DNA of 63,623 nt, filler included, from Saprolegnia diclina VS20 (taxonomy: Eukaryota): NCBI RefSeq assembly GCF_000281045.1. It is 6 parts of 2 records of this genome, joined end to end, with 100 filler letters (N's around TTAATTAATTAA, not from the genome) between each part and the next. Parts side by side here need not be neighbours in the genome. Positions count along the whole stretch, not along the records: positions 19,774 to 42,130 come from NW_008246123.1; 5 more parts are not named here. One strand, given 5' to 3'. Positions 21,543 to 34,407 of this stretch are shown here, piece after piece (within the stretch, counting starts at the first letter, position 1; each line of letters begins with the position of its first letter). A program made the position numbers and the translations under genes. The notes beneath the pieces were generated by a model. The model saw only the letters and a program-made list of their open reading frames with translations. It did no database searches and was not told the origin of the DNA.

Positions 21543-24500
21543 ATGACGGTGACGTGGACTGGGCGGTCCATCACGCAGCTGTCGCTCCACCGCCGGCGCG
21601 CCAACCCCGGCGGCTTGGGCTACGGCCTCGAGCACATCCCGTTCCTGCTGCTCCATGCGTACAACCTCTACTGGTGCTTCCAGACGTCCGGCGATCCGTA
21701 CCGCATTGCCTTGGCCGAGCTCGAAGAGCAAGGCTTCAACATGGACCGCATCTTGAACCCGCCGTCAGAGGACGATCTTGCGGGCCTCGCCGCCTCGGCG
21801 CTGCTCCAGGCTGGCGCCAGCGACGCGCCCAAGAACCCGACCGATGACATGAGCATTCCGCCGCTCCCGAACCCGTTCTTGCCGGCCATCATCCCGCTTC
21901 TCTTTTGCGTGACGGTCGTCTGCTTGCACATTCTCATGCGCCTCCTCCAGATCTGGTCGACGCGTGTTTTGACCTTTATCAAGTACAACAGCGTGGCCAA
22001 CTTGACGGACGCGACCTTTGTCAAGGTCGTGCCCCGCGCGTACCGCGGAAAGAGCGTCATGGTCGAGCTCGAGCAGCACACGCTTTCGAACGGCGAGAAG
22101 AGCGCACCGTTCTTCATGTTCCAGAAGCGCAAGTACGTCGGCGAGGTCAACAAGGACGACGGCTCGGTGTGCTTTCGCAAGCTCAAGGCGCCCGTCACCA
22201 ACGCGGTCGAGTCGTACGTCAAGGCCAAGGGTATCGATGCGGGTGCGCAATACACGCGGGCGCTGGACCTCTACGGGCACAACGAGTTTAGCATCCCGCA
22301 GCCGACGTTTGTCAAGATGTTCCAGGAGCAGCTCGTCGAGCCTCTGACCGTCTTCCAGATCTTCTCGGTCTGCCTCTATATGCTCGACGAGTACTGGCAG
22401 TACTCGCTCTTCACGCTCGTCATGATCCTCATGTTTGAAGGCGTCACGGTCTTCAGCCGCCTCAAGAACCTCCAGACGCTTCGGGGCATGGGCAACGTTT
22501 CGCGTGACATTTACGTCTTCCGGTCGGGCAAATGGAGTACCGTAAGCTCGTCGGCGATCGTACCGGGCGACATCATCTCGGTCAAGCGTATCGTCGAAGG
22601 CGACTCGACGGTCCCGTGCGACTGCCTCCTCCTCCAGGGCAACGCGGTCGCCAACGAAGCGACGTTGACCGGTGAGAGCGTGCCGCAGATGAAGGAAGCG
22701 ATCGGGCTCAAGGCCAACGCCGACGACCTCGCCGCGCCGCTTGACATGAAGTCGGGGCACAAGGTGCACATTCTCTTTGGCGGCACCACGATCATGCAGC
22801 ACGACGCCGGCTCGTCGGTCACGAGCATTCCGGCGACGCCCGACAAGGGCGTCCTCGCCTACGTGCTGCGGACCGGCTTTAGCGCGTCGCAGGGCAAGCT
22901 TGTGCGCATGATTGAGTTTTCGTCCGGCAAGGTCACGGGCTCGACGTGGGACGCGGTCGGCCTCGCCGTGCTTTTGCTCTTCTTTGCGATTCTGTCGTCG
23001 GGCTACGTGCTGCGCGAAGGCATTGCCCGCAAAGGCCGCGTGACGTTCGAGCTCGTCTTGCGCTGCGTGCTCATCATCACGTCGGTCGTGCCTGCCGAGC
23101 TGCCGATGCAGACGGCGATGGCGGTCAACACGGCGCTCCTCGCGCTCGTCCGGCTCTCGATCTTTTGCACCGAGCCGTTCCGCATCTCGCTCGCAGGCAA
23201 GGTGGACATTTGCCTGTTTGACAAGACGGGGACGATCACGACGGACCAGCTCACGGCGGTCGGCGTCGTCTCGTACGACGAAAGCGTGCCCATGACGGCC
23301 GCGATCCAGCCGCACCAACCGATGCTGCAGTCGCACCTGAACGCATGCCTCGTCCTCGCGGTACGGCGATTCTATCAAGTTGATAAATGCTCATGGCGCG
23401 TGGTTAGGGTTGTCATTCGCTGGTCGAAATCGACGGCAAGATGATTGGCGATCCGGTCGAAGAAGCGTCGCTGCGTGCGATCGACTTTACGTACGACGTC
23501 AAGAGCAAGACGTGCGCGCCGAACGCGACGAGCGCCGAGCGCGCCGAGTTGAAGGGCGCTCGCGTCCAGATTCTGCACCGCAACCACTTTGCGTCCAAGC
23601 TCCAGCGCATGAGCGTCGTGGCGCGGTGCCAGTTTGGCGGCCACTCGCGCCTCCGCGTGCTCGTCAAGGGCAGCCCCGAAGCACTCGCCAAGCTCGCGAC
23701 CGATGTCCCCGACTGGTTTTGGCCCACGTACCAAGACATGGCCCGCCGCGGCATGCGGGTGCTCGCGCTGGCGTACAAGGACTGCGAGAAGGGTCTCTCG
23801 GAGGCCGACGTCGGCCACAAGACGCGCGAGTGGGCTGAGAGCAACCTCCGGTTTGCGGGCTTTGCCGCGTACCAGTGCCTCGTGCGCCGCGACTCGGCCG
23901 AGATCCTCCAGCAGCTCAAGGACAGCTCGCACGCGGTCGGCATGATCACGGGCGATGCGACGCTGACGGCGGTCCACGTGGCCAAGGAAGTCGGCATCCT
24001 CACGCGCCCGGCGCTCATTCTCTCGGGCGGCGACGTGACGTTCGAGTGGAAGTCGGCCGACGACGACAAGGCGGTCGCGGCCTACGCCAAGAGCGCGATC
24101 GTTCAACTGAGCAAAACGTACGACCTGTGCATGGACGGCGCGGCCTTGTCGCGGGCCAACGACGTCGACGGCGGCGTCTGGAATCACCTCGAGCTCATCC
24201 GCGTGTACGCGCGCATGACGCCGGAGCTCAAGGAGCGCGTGCTCACGTCGCTCAAGACGTGCGGCCACTTTACGCTCATGTGCGGTGACGGTGCCAACGA
24301 CGTGGGGGCGCTCAAGCAGGCGCACGTCGGCGTCGCGTTGCTCTCGGGGTTCGGGTCGGCCAACGCCGACAAGAGCATCACGGGCGCGGACGCGCTCAAG
24401 AAGAGCAAGAAGATTGTCGAGGTCGAGACGCTCTCGCGCGAAGGCCTCTTGAAGCTGCACGCGTCGGTGCTCAAGAAGAAGCTACTCGCGCTCAACATTG

Positions 24501-25810
24501 CGCACGACAACGTGACGGAGAAGTCGGGGTTGATCGACCTCCTCCTCGCCGACCAGGCCGCCAAAGAAGCGTCCAAGCCCAAGAAGCTTCTCAACCCGTT
24601 TGGCCCGATGACGCCCGAGCAGCGCAAGGAGCTCCAGAAGAAGCAACAAGAGGAGATTGAAGCCGACGTGGCCGAGCGCGAGGCGCGTGGCGAGTCGTTT
24701 GCGCGCTTCAAGGCGCTCGCGGCGTTTGCCAAGCGCCAGAAGGACCAAGCGTCGGCGTTCCAGGCGCAGCAAAAGGGCGGCAACGGGGGCTTTGCCAACT
24801 GGACCAACAACCAGGTCATGACGCAGTACATGGACGACTTTGAGGACGGCGAATTGCCGATGGTCAAGCTCGGCGACGCATCGATCGCGTCGCCGTTCAC
24901 GTCGCGTGCGCCGTCGATCAAGGGCTGCGTGGACATAATCCGGCAAGGCCGGTGCGCGCTCGTGACGACGGTCCAAATGTACCAGATCTTGGCCATCAAC
25001 TGCCTTATCTCGTCCTACTCGCTCTCGGTGCTGTACTTAGACAAGGTCAAGTACGCCAACTCGCAGATGATTGCGCTCGGCATGATGTCGACGGTCGCGT
25101 CGGTGACGCTCTCGCGCGCGACGCCGCTGCCCGAGCTCTCGCCAGTGCGTCCGATCTCGTCGATCTTCCACCCCGCGCTCTTTTCGTCGCTCATCGGGCA
25201 GTTTGCGCTGCATTTGGCCGTCATGGTCTACTCGACCAACCTCGCCAAGGAGTACACGCCGGTCGACGACACGCGTCACTTGACCGACATCAAGCCGCTC
25301 GTGTTTGAGCCCAACGTCATGAGCACCGTCATCTTCCTCGTCAACGGCGTCCAAACCATTAGCGTCTGCGCTGTCAACTACAAGGGCCGTCCGTTCATGA
25401 AGAGCATGACCGACAACCCGGGTCTCCTCTACTCGCTCGGGATCTCGCTCGTCGGCGTCTTCCTCCTCTGCACGGAGGCCATGCCGCTCTTCAACAAGGT
25501 GCTCGAGATCGTCCCGATGCCGGACCCGCGCTTTGCGCAGATCCTCACGGGCATCTTGACTCTGGACGTTGTCGGCGCCTTTGCGTGGGACCAGCTCTGC
25601 CTCCTGCTCTTTGCGCCGCACATCTTCATGGCGTCGCTCAAGGCCATCAACAAGTCGGACATCCGCCAGCTGATCAAGATGCTCGTGATTGCGCTCGGCG
25701 TCATTTACGTCGTCGCCAACATTGACTATGACGAGATTGAGCGCCAGCAAAAGCTCCTGGACGCGACCAACGCGGCCGGCAGCGACTTTGTCGAAGCCAT
25801 TAGCAGCTAA
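21543..25810 (+). CDS. ATP13A1: P5A-type ATPase (ATP13A1/Spf1-like), intron 23361-23407
   Basis: LTGESVPQMKE, FDKTGT phosphorylation motif, KGSPE, MITGD, MCGDGANDVGALKQA, KLGDASIASPFTS, NYKGRPFM. Confidence 0.92.
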
Positions 25811-25944
25811 GGCCGTCCATATACATTTGAGATTAGACTTCTTCGTATATCTCGTGCGGAGAAGGTTCTGCGGCGTTGACGTGATGCATCTCGCCCGAAC
25901 GGTTGCGCTGGACGCTGGCGGCTGAACGCAGTCGAGAATCGCCC

Positions 25945-27034
25945 ATGCGTTGCCTCTTGCTGCTGCTGCTGGTAGGCGCAAGCGCTGCCGACATGCGGCT
26001 CCGCCTCGACGCGCTGCCGGTTCCGCCCGCGGTAGCCCGCATGGTCGGCAAGGTTGGCAACGCTGCCATGTACTGCACCGGCATCACTGTCGGCCCCAGC
26101 GTCGGCCTCTAAGCAGCCTGCTCGATGGCTCATGTGCGGAACTAGATGGTGCTCACGTCCGCAGCCTGTGTGCATGCTGGCTTCATGACGTACGAGATCA
26201 ACCAGGTTGTCGCCAACGTGGTCGGTGTGCACCGCCAGAGCGAGTTTTGGCCCGATGCCACGGATGACGGCGACTACGCGCTTCTCGAGCTGGACACGCC
26301 TCTCGGCGACCGCTTTGGGACGCTGCCGCTTGTCGGCGCGCCGCCATGCGTCATCACGCTCGTCGCCGGTTCGAGTCATTTGTTGTCTCTGGGTGCTTGT
26401 TTGATCGGTCTTGCATCTAGTGTACACGTCGCTCTCAGTTTCGACCGTGCAGTTCGCGCCCGGCTTCGACCCCGGCGTCCAAGTGCAGTGCACGATGAAG
26501 GTGGTCTCGACGTCGCGCTGCGTCCACGACTGCGACACGTCGAGCGTCGGGTCGCCCGGCGCACCGCTGCTCGTTACGGTGCGCAACACCACCGCGTCGA
26601 CCACGTGCGTCGTTGGCATGCACCTTGTCGGTGACAGCGCGAGTAAGAACCGGATTGGGAGTATCGTCGCCGCGGCCAACGCCCACCTCTCGTGGCTGCA
26701 GAGCACCAAGACGACGACGCCGCCCACGACGACGACCGTGACGACACCGACACCGACGACGACCGTGACGACACCGACAACGATGACGACATCGACACCA
26801 ACGACGTCGCCTACGACGACCATAGCACCCGAGACGGCGCCACCGAGCGACAAGAGCGAGGCGACGGCGGTGCCCATCTCGAACGCCTCGAGCGACGGGT
26901 CGAGCAGCACCAACACGATCGTTTACGTGTGCATCGCGGTTGTGCTCATTGCGTGGTTCATCGTGCTTGGGTGCATGCTGCGGCGACGCTTGAGCCAACA
27001 GCGCGACTTGATGACGCCAGCGACGGCCTCGTAG
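25945..27034 (+). CDS. Type I membrane protein with trypsin-like (probably inactive) domain and Thr-rich stalk; two introns
   Basis: Signal peptide; YCTGITVGPS/VLTSAAC, DYALLELDTP, CDTSSVGSPGAPL; (TTTPTP)n mucin-like stalk; TM IVYVCIAVVLIAWFIVLGCML-RRR. Confidence 0.7.
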
Positions 27035-27096
27035 ACCGCAACCCTACTAGTACTAAACTGCTCCTCAACTTCCATTATACGACGAAAATGCAAGTC

Positions 27097-28088
27097 TTAT
27101 TCGGGCGATATGACGGGACTATAGCACGTAAAGGACCCAAAGCCCTCGCACAAGATCGAGTGCAGCACCAAGGCGCGGTTGTCGATCAAGCCTACAGGCA
27201 GCAGTTTGAGCCGAAGAGGAGGGTAGGGGTAGGTACAGCAGAGGATCGTGACGACGGCGTTCCCGTCGACTGAGAGCATCTTGGAAAAGTGGCGGCCATC
27301 GACGCGCACGGTCGAGACACGGCTGGCAATGTCGTCTCCATGTGCGTCGTCGTCGTCCGGAGCTTCTTCGACGAGGTCGAAGCGCGGCTTGAAGCCCACG
27401 TGCTGCGTCTGCAGGGCAAACGTGTCGCTTTGCACGCGCAGCCGCAGCGAGCCGTCCATCTTGGCCTCGATCTACCAAGAGAGCTAGCTTCTCGTACGAG
27501 ACTCCGTCGAGGTGCTACCGTCAGGTACTTGTGCATGGCTTTGAGGCGGTCGGTGACCGTGCGCAGCGAGCGCAGCGTCGGGATCTCGACCGCAACGGTC
27601 GGCGATGGCACGCGCGGCTCCTTGTAGTTGTCGGCGCTCGCCATCGAAACGACGTCGATCGGAATGTTTTGGACAATGTCAATGTCGACCGTCTACCTCG
27701 CCGTGATGATGATGCATGACGCTGGAAGGACGAGGCCTACGCGGGCACGGAGTGCGAGGAACGAGCGGCCGTCGCGCTTGAGCAGCCGCAGAAGAATGCC
27801 GCTGGCCTCCTTGCCGGACTGCAGCGCACGTGAAAAGTTGGCGATGCTGAGCGTGAACGCGATCTGGTTCTCGGAGCGGCTCTCGAGCACGACGTCCTCA
27901 AAGAGCTTGGCCATGTTGAGGTGCACGAAGGTTTGGACGTCTTCGCCGCCTGTCTTCATGACGAAGCTCATGCGCTCGGGCGTCACGACGACGAAGCACG
28001 CGTCCGAGCTTGAGAGCCGCGCCATGTACTGCGAGATCTCCATGAGGACCGGGAACGAGGCCGCGGTCAGGTTGCCGCGGAAGCGCAT
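27097..28088 (-). CDS. HUS1: Checkpoint clamp 9-1-1 subunit HUS1 (multi-exon)
   Basis: MRFRG start, LFEDVVLESRSENQIAF, LRLLKR, IVQNIPI, YKEPRVP, LRSLRTVTDRLK and C-terminal CYSPV match the Hus1 pattern. Confidence 0.82.
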
Positions 28089-28303
28089 GTTGGATTCCCA
28101 CGCTCGGGCAATAAATGAAAGAAATTGAATCAACGAGCCAATCGTATCACCCGAGTCGAGACTTTTTAGCCAATCAAGCCCCACAATGCTCGAACTGGGA
28201 TCGAAGTTGGGTCCCGAGGACTTCGAATGCACGGTGGCGAATTGGTGCGAAATACATTTACACGTGAAAAAGCCACTCGACCAATTGCTCATCGACGACG
28301 AGG

Positions 28304-29669
28304 ATGATGGACCATGGCGACCTCGACCTGAGCTTCCCGAACCGCAACAGCACGCTCGTGCCCACGGAGCGCAGCCTCGTCGCGGACCGCAAGGCCAATG
28401 TGGAGAGCCTCCGGGTTCCGCCCAAGACGTCGGCCGAGCTCGGGCCCGGGTGCCAGCCCACGCTGCACCAGTTCTTGCCGGCATACGACGTGCAGGCCTA
28501 CGTGCGCTTCGCCAAGATCCCGCTGCATATCAAGAACGCCAAGTACCCAAGCTTCGAGGCCACAGGCGATCTGCCCCAGCTGCGCGATGGTCACTACCTT
28601 CTCGCCAAGGACGACATCATCATGCATCTCCAAACGGTATCATCCGTGCGCTTCGTGCCTACTCAAACGATCCTAGTACCATACCGACATTGACGGGCAC
28701 CTCAGCGCTACCCAGAAGGGCGAGTCGCTTGCGTTCAAGAGCATGGTCCAGGAGAAGCTCCAGCGTGTCCTGGTACTCCTCATCCTTTGCATCTTTCGTC
28801 CATCGTCCAAGCAGCGTGCTCCATAGCTCTTCTGTCGGTGGGTCGACCCGATCACGTACAAGGAGGTGACGCGGCCCGCGGTGCAGCGCGTGCTGCCGTT
28901 CCCGCTCAACCGCGTCTTGCCCAAGAAGATGCACCACGCGATGACGTCCGAGCTCGCGACCGCGGGGTACGCGAGCCAAGAGCAGGTCTACGTCGCCGCG
29001 CGTGACTGCTACGCCGCCCTCAACGCGCGTCTCGGCGACGGTCCCTTCTTCTACGGCGCTGCGTACGTATCTCAATCTCAAAGTCGTATCTCAAACCTCA
29101 CCGGCGAATCTGTGGTTAGGCCCACGTCTCTCGATGCGGTTGTGTTTGGCCACCTCGTCGACGCGCTCAGCGACGTCCAGCTCCGCGACGTGGTGCAGAT
29201 CCACGGCCCGCGCCTCCTCACGTTCGCTGAGACCGTCCGGTCGACGTACTTTGGCTCGAAAGCCATGGGCAGTCTCTGGACCGAGAACGTTCCAAGCCCG
29301 TTCTCGACGCTCTCGACGGCCTTCATGGGCGACTTTGCGACCGTGCCGCTTGCGGCGTACGTGCAGCCGTACCAGAGTCTGAGCTGGAGCAAGCGGTAGC
29401 CAGGTCTGCCAGCCTCGCCTCGTCTCATATATTGAGCTAGGGAGGTCGCGAAAGAAGAGGTGGCGGCGGACGGCGTGCACGACGACCCTGCGCAGCACGT
29501 CGTGTACGACAAGAGCTCGCGCAATGTGCTCTTTGGCGGTCTCCTGGCGATCGTCCTCTACGGCGTCTCGCAGCTGTCGTTCAGTATCGAGAGCTTTGCG
29601 GACGCATATGACGACGACGAGGACGCATATGACGACGCGTACGACGAGGATGACGAATATGACGCGTAA
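28304..29669 (+). CDS. Metaxin-like GST-fold mitochondrial import protein (multi-exon)
   Basis: TGDLPQL, RWVD..TYKEVTRP, LPFPLN, CYAALNARLGDGPFFYG-PTSLDAVVFGHL, C-terminal TM and acidic tail. Confidence 0.8.
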
Positions 29670-29710
29670 GACGACGACGATACTTCATCCATCCATGTAA
29701 TACTTGCTGG

Positions 29711-31841
29711 TTACTCGACGGCCGGCAGCGGCACCGTGTACTCTTCGTCTGTCGGGTCTATCTCGGCGAGGTTGGGCGCCTTCTCTAAGAAGCCTTCGTA
29801 GCGCTCCTCAAACTCGCTCGGCGGTTTGCTCAGGTCCTACGCGCGACGGGTGTAAACGTAACAGCCTCGGCGTCTCGACTTCTACCGCGGCTTCGGACGA
29901 CGCAACGACCGCGTGCTTCCAGCCGTTCTGCATGATGGCTTGACGCTTCTGTCGCTCCTTGTTGGCCTCGAGCTCTTTCGTGAGCATGGCCTGCCCGGGC
30001 GACGCGGCCGGCGACAGCGCGGGTCCGTGCCGCTCGCGTTCCTGGACCATGAGCCGAAGGCGTTGCTGGTGGAAGAGCTCGTAGTCGGACGCTTGGCCCT
30101 CGTTCAAAATGAGCTGCGACCGCGGCGTGTTGGACGTGCCCCACTCTTCGCGCGGCGTATTCAGCCGGCTCGGCAGCAGCGGCGGCGCGTGCGGCGCGTA
30201 AAAGGCTTGCGGGTGGTGCAGCGGCGGGTGCGGTTGCTGGTCATAGCCGTACGACGACGACGGCGGCGGCGGTGCGCCAGGTCCGTACGAGGCGTACGCA
30301 CGGTACATGGTGCCCGCCTTGGCATTGGACGGGTACGCTTGCAGCGACGGTGCTTGGTTGTGCTGGTGGTGTGGTGGCGGCTGCATGTACGCATGAAGCA
30401 TTTGTGGCGGATACCCTTGCATCGACGACGACGACGGCCCGTGGCGATGGGCGTCCGGGTGCCGCGGATAGTATGGCGCTGCGGCCGACGACGGCTGTGG
30501 GTACGGTGGCCGCGCCGTGTCATGCTCGGGGTGGCGTGCGTTCATGGCCGAGGGCGGCGGCTGCGTCGACTGCCCGGGGAGGAAGAACGAGGCCGGGCGC
30601 GGTGGCGGCGGAACACTGTGGTGCGGGTACGAGGCATGCACCGGCAGCGGCCGCGACGGCAGATAGTTGCTCGCAGGCATGGCCTTGTGTGACATCGGTG
30701 CGCGGGCAGCGGTCTTTGGCTCGGGCGGCGCCATCATCAAGTCGGGCTTCTTGGCCACGCCTTTCGCCCTGCTGTGTGGCGTCGCGATCGGCGTCGCGGC
30801 GCTTGACGAGAGCGTCCGCCGCTCACTCTCGTCGCTCGAGTCGCTGTTCTCGTCGAGCTTCTCGTCCTTGACGTCCTTGGGCCGGCGGCTGCGCATCAGT
30901 GATTTCCAGCGAATCTTGACCGCATCTTCCGTGCGCCCCTAATGATCGTTCTCGTATGTCGTTGTCGTAGGCATCAATGTACCACGAGGCGCTGTGCAAT
31001 CACGGACCAGCGGTTCCCGAGCTTGGCTTGCATGTCGATGATGAGGTCGTCCTCTTCCTTGGTGTAGTTGCTAAGCGAAGCGACAACTTGAGCACGCCGG
31101 CGTCAACGAAGAGGTACCCTTTGTTGATGTTCGGGTCCAAGTGGTTGCACCAGCGCTCGCGGCACTGCTTGGACCTATAAGAATGGGGCATAAGGTACAC
31201 CCGCGATCGACATGGCCTGTACGTTCGGCCGGCGATTTGAGCCGCGACTTGGCCCCAGTTCTTGCGCCCTTCTGCGACCAAACTCTTGAGCTTCGCATCT
31301 TCGTCTGGCGTCCAGTGGCCCTACAAGGCATGTGGGCGGGACAGGCCATAGATCGCGGTGGTACTACTTTGATCAACCCTGGCTTGAGGACCTTGGTCCA
31401 TCGCTGCAAGCACTGCGTGTGGTTGCGACCTGCGACTTGATCGGCAATCGCTTTCCAGTTGCGCTCGCCACTTCGCTCGACAGCCAGGCGGAGCGACTCG
31501 TCTTCTGCCTTGGACCACCGGCGTGGATTGCTTTTCTCGCTGCCGCGCGCCGACGAGAGCGAACTTGGGGCCGACTCTGCTGTACGGTCCAGACCCGACG
31601 TGACAATCGGTGCTGGCTTTGGCGCTTCCTTGGACTTGGTTCGCCGGGCTGGGGGCGGTGGTAAGAGCTGCTTGAGGCTATCGGCGCGTTCGCGTTTGAG
31701 GGTGCCGGGTTCGTTGCTGGCGTCGAGCGAGTTCTGGAAGAAGGCCTTGCCGATGGCAGAGAGCTTGGGGGTGATGGCGCCCGAGACGGCGCCCATCGAG
31801 GCGAGCGCCTGGCCTCCTCCGTGGGGTTGCTGCGCGCTCAT
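29711..31841 (-). CDS. Three-repeat Myb transcription factor (multi-exon)
   Basis: RWSKAEDESL...CLQRWTKVLKP, GHWTPDED...KQCRERWCNHLDP, YTKEED...GNRWSVIA...GRTEDAVKIRW; Pro/His-rich C-terminus. A predicted last intron at 29837-29885 extends the CDS to the stop at 29711. Confidence 0.85.
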
Positions 31842-32558
31842 CGCTGGTACAAGGTCCGGGCCCAAGGGATCCCGATGCTGAACAGCCTGGCGCTGATGAA
31901 TTCTATCCAAGGCCCGGAAAATCACACTAATTTGCCTACTTTTAACCAATCACAGCGCACCGAATTTGGTATTGGTCGCGCACGCCTTTTTTCCAGCCAC
32001 ATACAAAAACGCAGTCGAATCTGAGTCGAATCTGACAGGCTGGGATAAAAATAAGACATGCATTTCAACCAATCAGCGCGCTCTCCCATTTCAAATTTGG
32101 CCCCCTCGTGGCAGCACAGGAGGACGGCGAAGTCGGAGCGCGAGCGGCAGTGTCGAGCGCGGAGGGCGACGTGCTATGAGCCCGTTGGTAATATCTACTG
32201 CGTGGTACTAGTAGTACAAGCGAGCAGCGACGTCCGTCATGCCACGCAAAAGAAGAGGATCTCAACGACCCACACGCCCAGCTGAAAAACGCATTTTGAG
32301 TTTCAGCGATACGAACCGAGCTCTGAGCTCCGGCCTACGACGGTCCCAAGCGTCAGGGTGTATTCCTATGCGATTGTACGAGCCCCACACATCCATAGAC
32401 GTGTCTAGTAGTCAAGAAGTAGCCATTCGAGCCACCAAACGCCTCCGTGATCCAACGTTGAAAAGCGCTGTTTTGAGTTTGAGTTTTCGCGTCGGTTTCG
32501 TTGCAATCTTTCGCGACGAGCTCCAAGTTGCATATTCTCGACGAGGTGAGCAAGCAAG

Positions 32559-34384
32559 ATGAACCGCGACTACGTGGACGACGACGGCGCGGAAGAGGTC
32601 TCTCGCCCCGAGCGCGTCCACGACGCCATGCACCGCGTACTACCGGCGACGACCAAGAGCGCAGCCGTCGACGAGAGCGACCCGGCCGCCGAGGAGCTCG
32701 ACGACGAGCTCCAGCAGACGACCCGAGCCGTTGTCAAGCCACAGGTAGTAAGTACCTCGGACGGCTCTAAGTTGACGCAGCGCATCTCTCGGTAGGAGCT
32801 CTACATCGACGTCCACGCGGACCGTCCGAACACCGCGCCGTTGTCGCCGCCACCGCGTATGCCTGTGCATGGCGCTTCTCGTCTCATGACCACATAGCGC
32901 CTCGGGACGTGTACTTGAACGCGTCGCTGCAGCTGTTGCATCAGCAAAGCGACATGCGCCAGCGCCTCCGCGGGCTCTGGTTCCTCGCGCAGCGCCTGCG
33001 CTGGGACAACCACATGGACGCCCACGCAATGGAGCACCTTCGCGCCGACCTTCTCACAACGATGAAGAGCCTCGGCATTGAAAAACAAGACGGCGATCGC
33101 GTAACTGGTATATGCGGGGTATCGTGTCGATGAACTCTGGCACTAGGTGCGCAAGACCGGGCACCTCGTGCTTCTCGAACCCAGCGTGCGGTCGGGCCCG
33201 CCGCCCCGCGTCTACTGCACGCTCTTTGAAGACGAGAGCAAGCTCGAGCTTGTGCTGCCGCGCGCCCCGACGACTCCCACCAGCAGTAGCTCGTTCCGGG
33301 ATTCGTTCACAAGCCTTTCCAAGCTCTCGTCGTCGCTCGCGTGGCTGCTCCACGACGACCCGGTGCGCTCTCGCATCGAGTAGTTCATATATCGACGATT
33401 TTAGGACGACCACGACTGCCTTCGCATCCCGCTGTACGGCGCGCAGGTGCATGCGACGTCGGCCGAAGCAATGGAGTTCCGTCTCGACGTGCTCCACAAG
33501 ACGTCCGACGCGATCGCTACGCGGAGCTTTTACCTGCGGGCCGAGACCGACGAAGAGTACATTGGCTGGATGGTCGCGCTCGAAGCCGTCGCGCGCTACG
33601 ACCTCTTCCAGCTCCAAGCGTCCATGCGCCGCATCTCGGACCCGCGTACGCTCATGGCCTTGGTACATGCTTTATCATGGGTGTCAACTAGAGGACTATG
33701 TCTGCGTGCTGCGGTCGTTTTGCCCGATTTCGGTGCCGCTTACGTGGCAGCGCCACCGCATCGCCCGCGACGAGAAGCAGTCGGGCCTCACGCGCCGCGA
33801 CAGCAAAAACATGCCAATGCTCCAAGTGCTCAAAGACATTGAGCGTGACACGTACGTCGTCGACGGCATGCGCCTCTCGACCGCCGACGGCATCCATCAC
33901 GTCATCACGCACCTCTTGACGCGCGTCATGGCCTATCTCCACGAGCACGACGACACGATGCCGAGCGTGGCGTCGCCGGCTGCGCGCATGGCGAAGTCGA
34001 CGTACTGTACCGCGTCCGACTTGATACAAACTTGATACAACTGGTAGCGAGGCCAAGGCGCTCTCGTTTGTGGAGCGCGTCCTCCGTGGCAGCACGCGCA
34101 CGCAGAGCGGCGGGGACATTTACGACGCCATCTCGATTCTCTGCGCCAATACGCACGTGGTCGTGTGCCCCGTCTCAGCCGACGCGTCGCCCGTGACGCT
34201 CACCGTCGACGGGACGGACGACAGCGTCTTGACCATCCATGCGTCGGTGCAAATGGCTTTTCGCATCATGGCGCCCGACGCCGCCGGGGACTGGGCGCGC
34301 CTCCACGGAGCGCTCACGCGGTCCTTTACCTACGGCGGGATCGCCCAACCCGGCGTCGTCACGATCGAGATGCTAGACGAATAA
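32559..34384 (+). CDS. Hypothetical multi-exon protein with a PH-like domain
   Basis: Coding-like composition and GT-AG introns. VRKTGHL...FYLRAETDEEYIGWMVALE resembles PH-domain start and end motifs. Confidence 0.55.
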
Positions 34385-34407
34385 AGAGTCTACACCGTTG
34401 CGACTGG

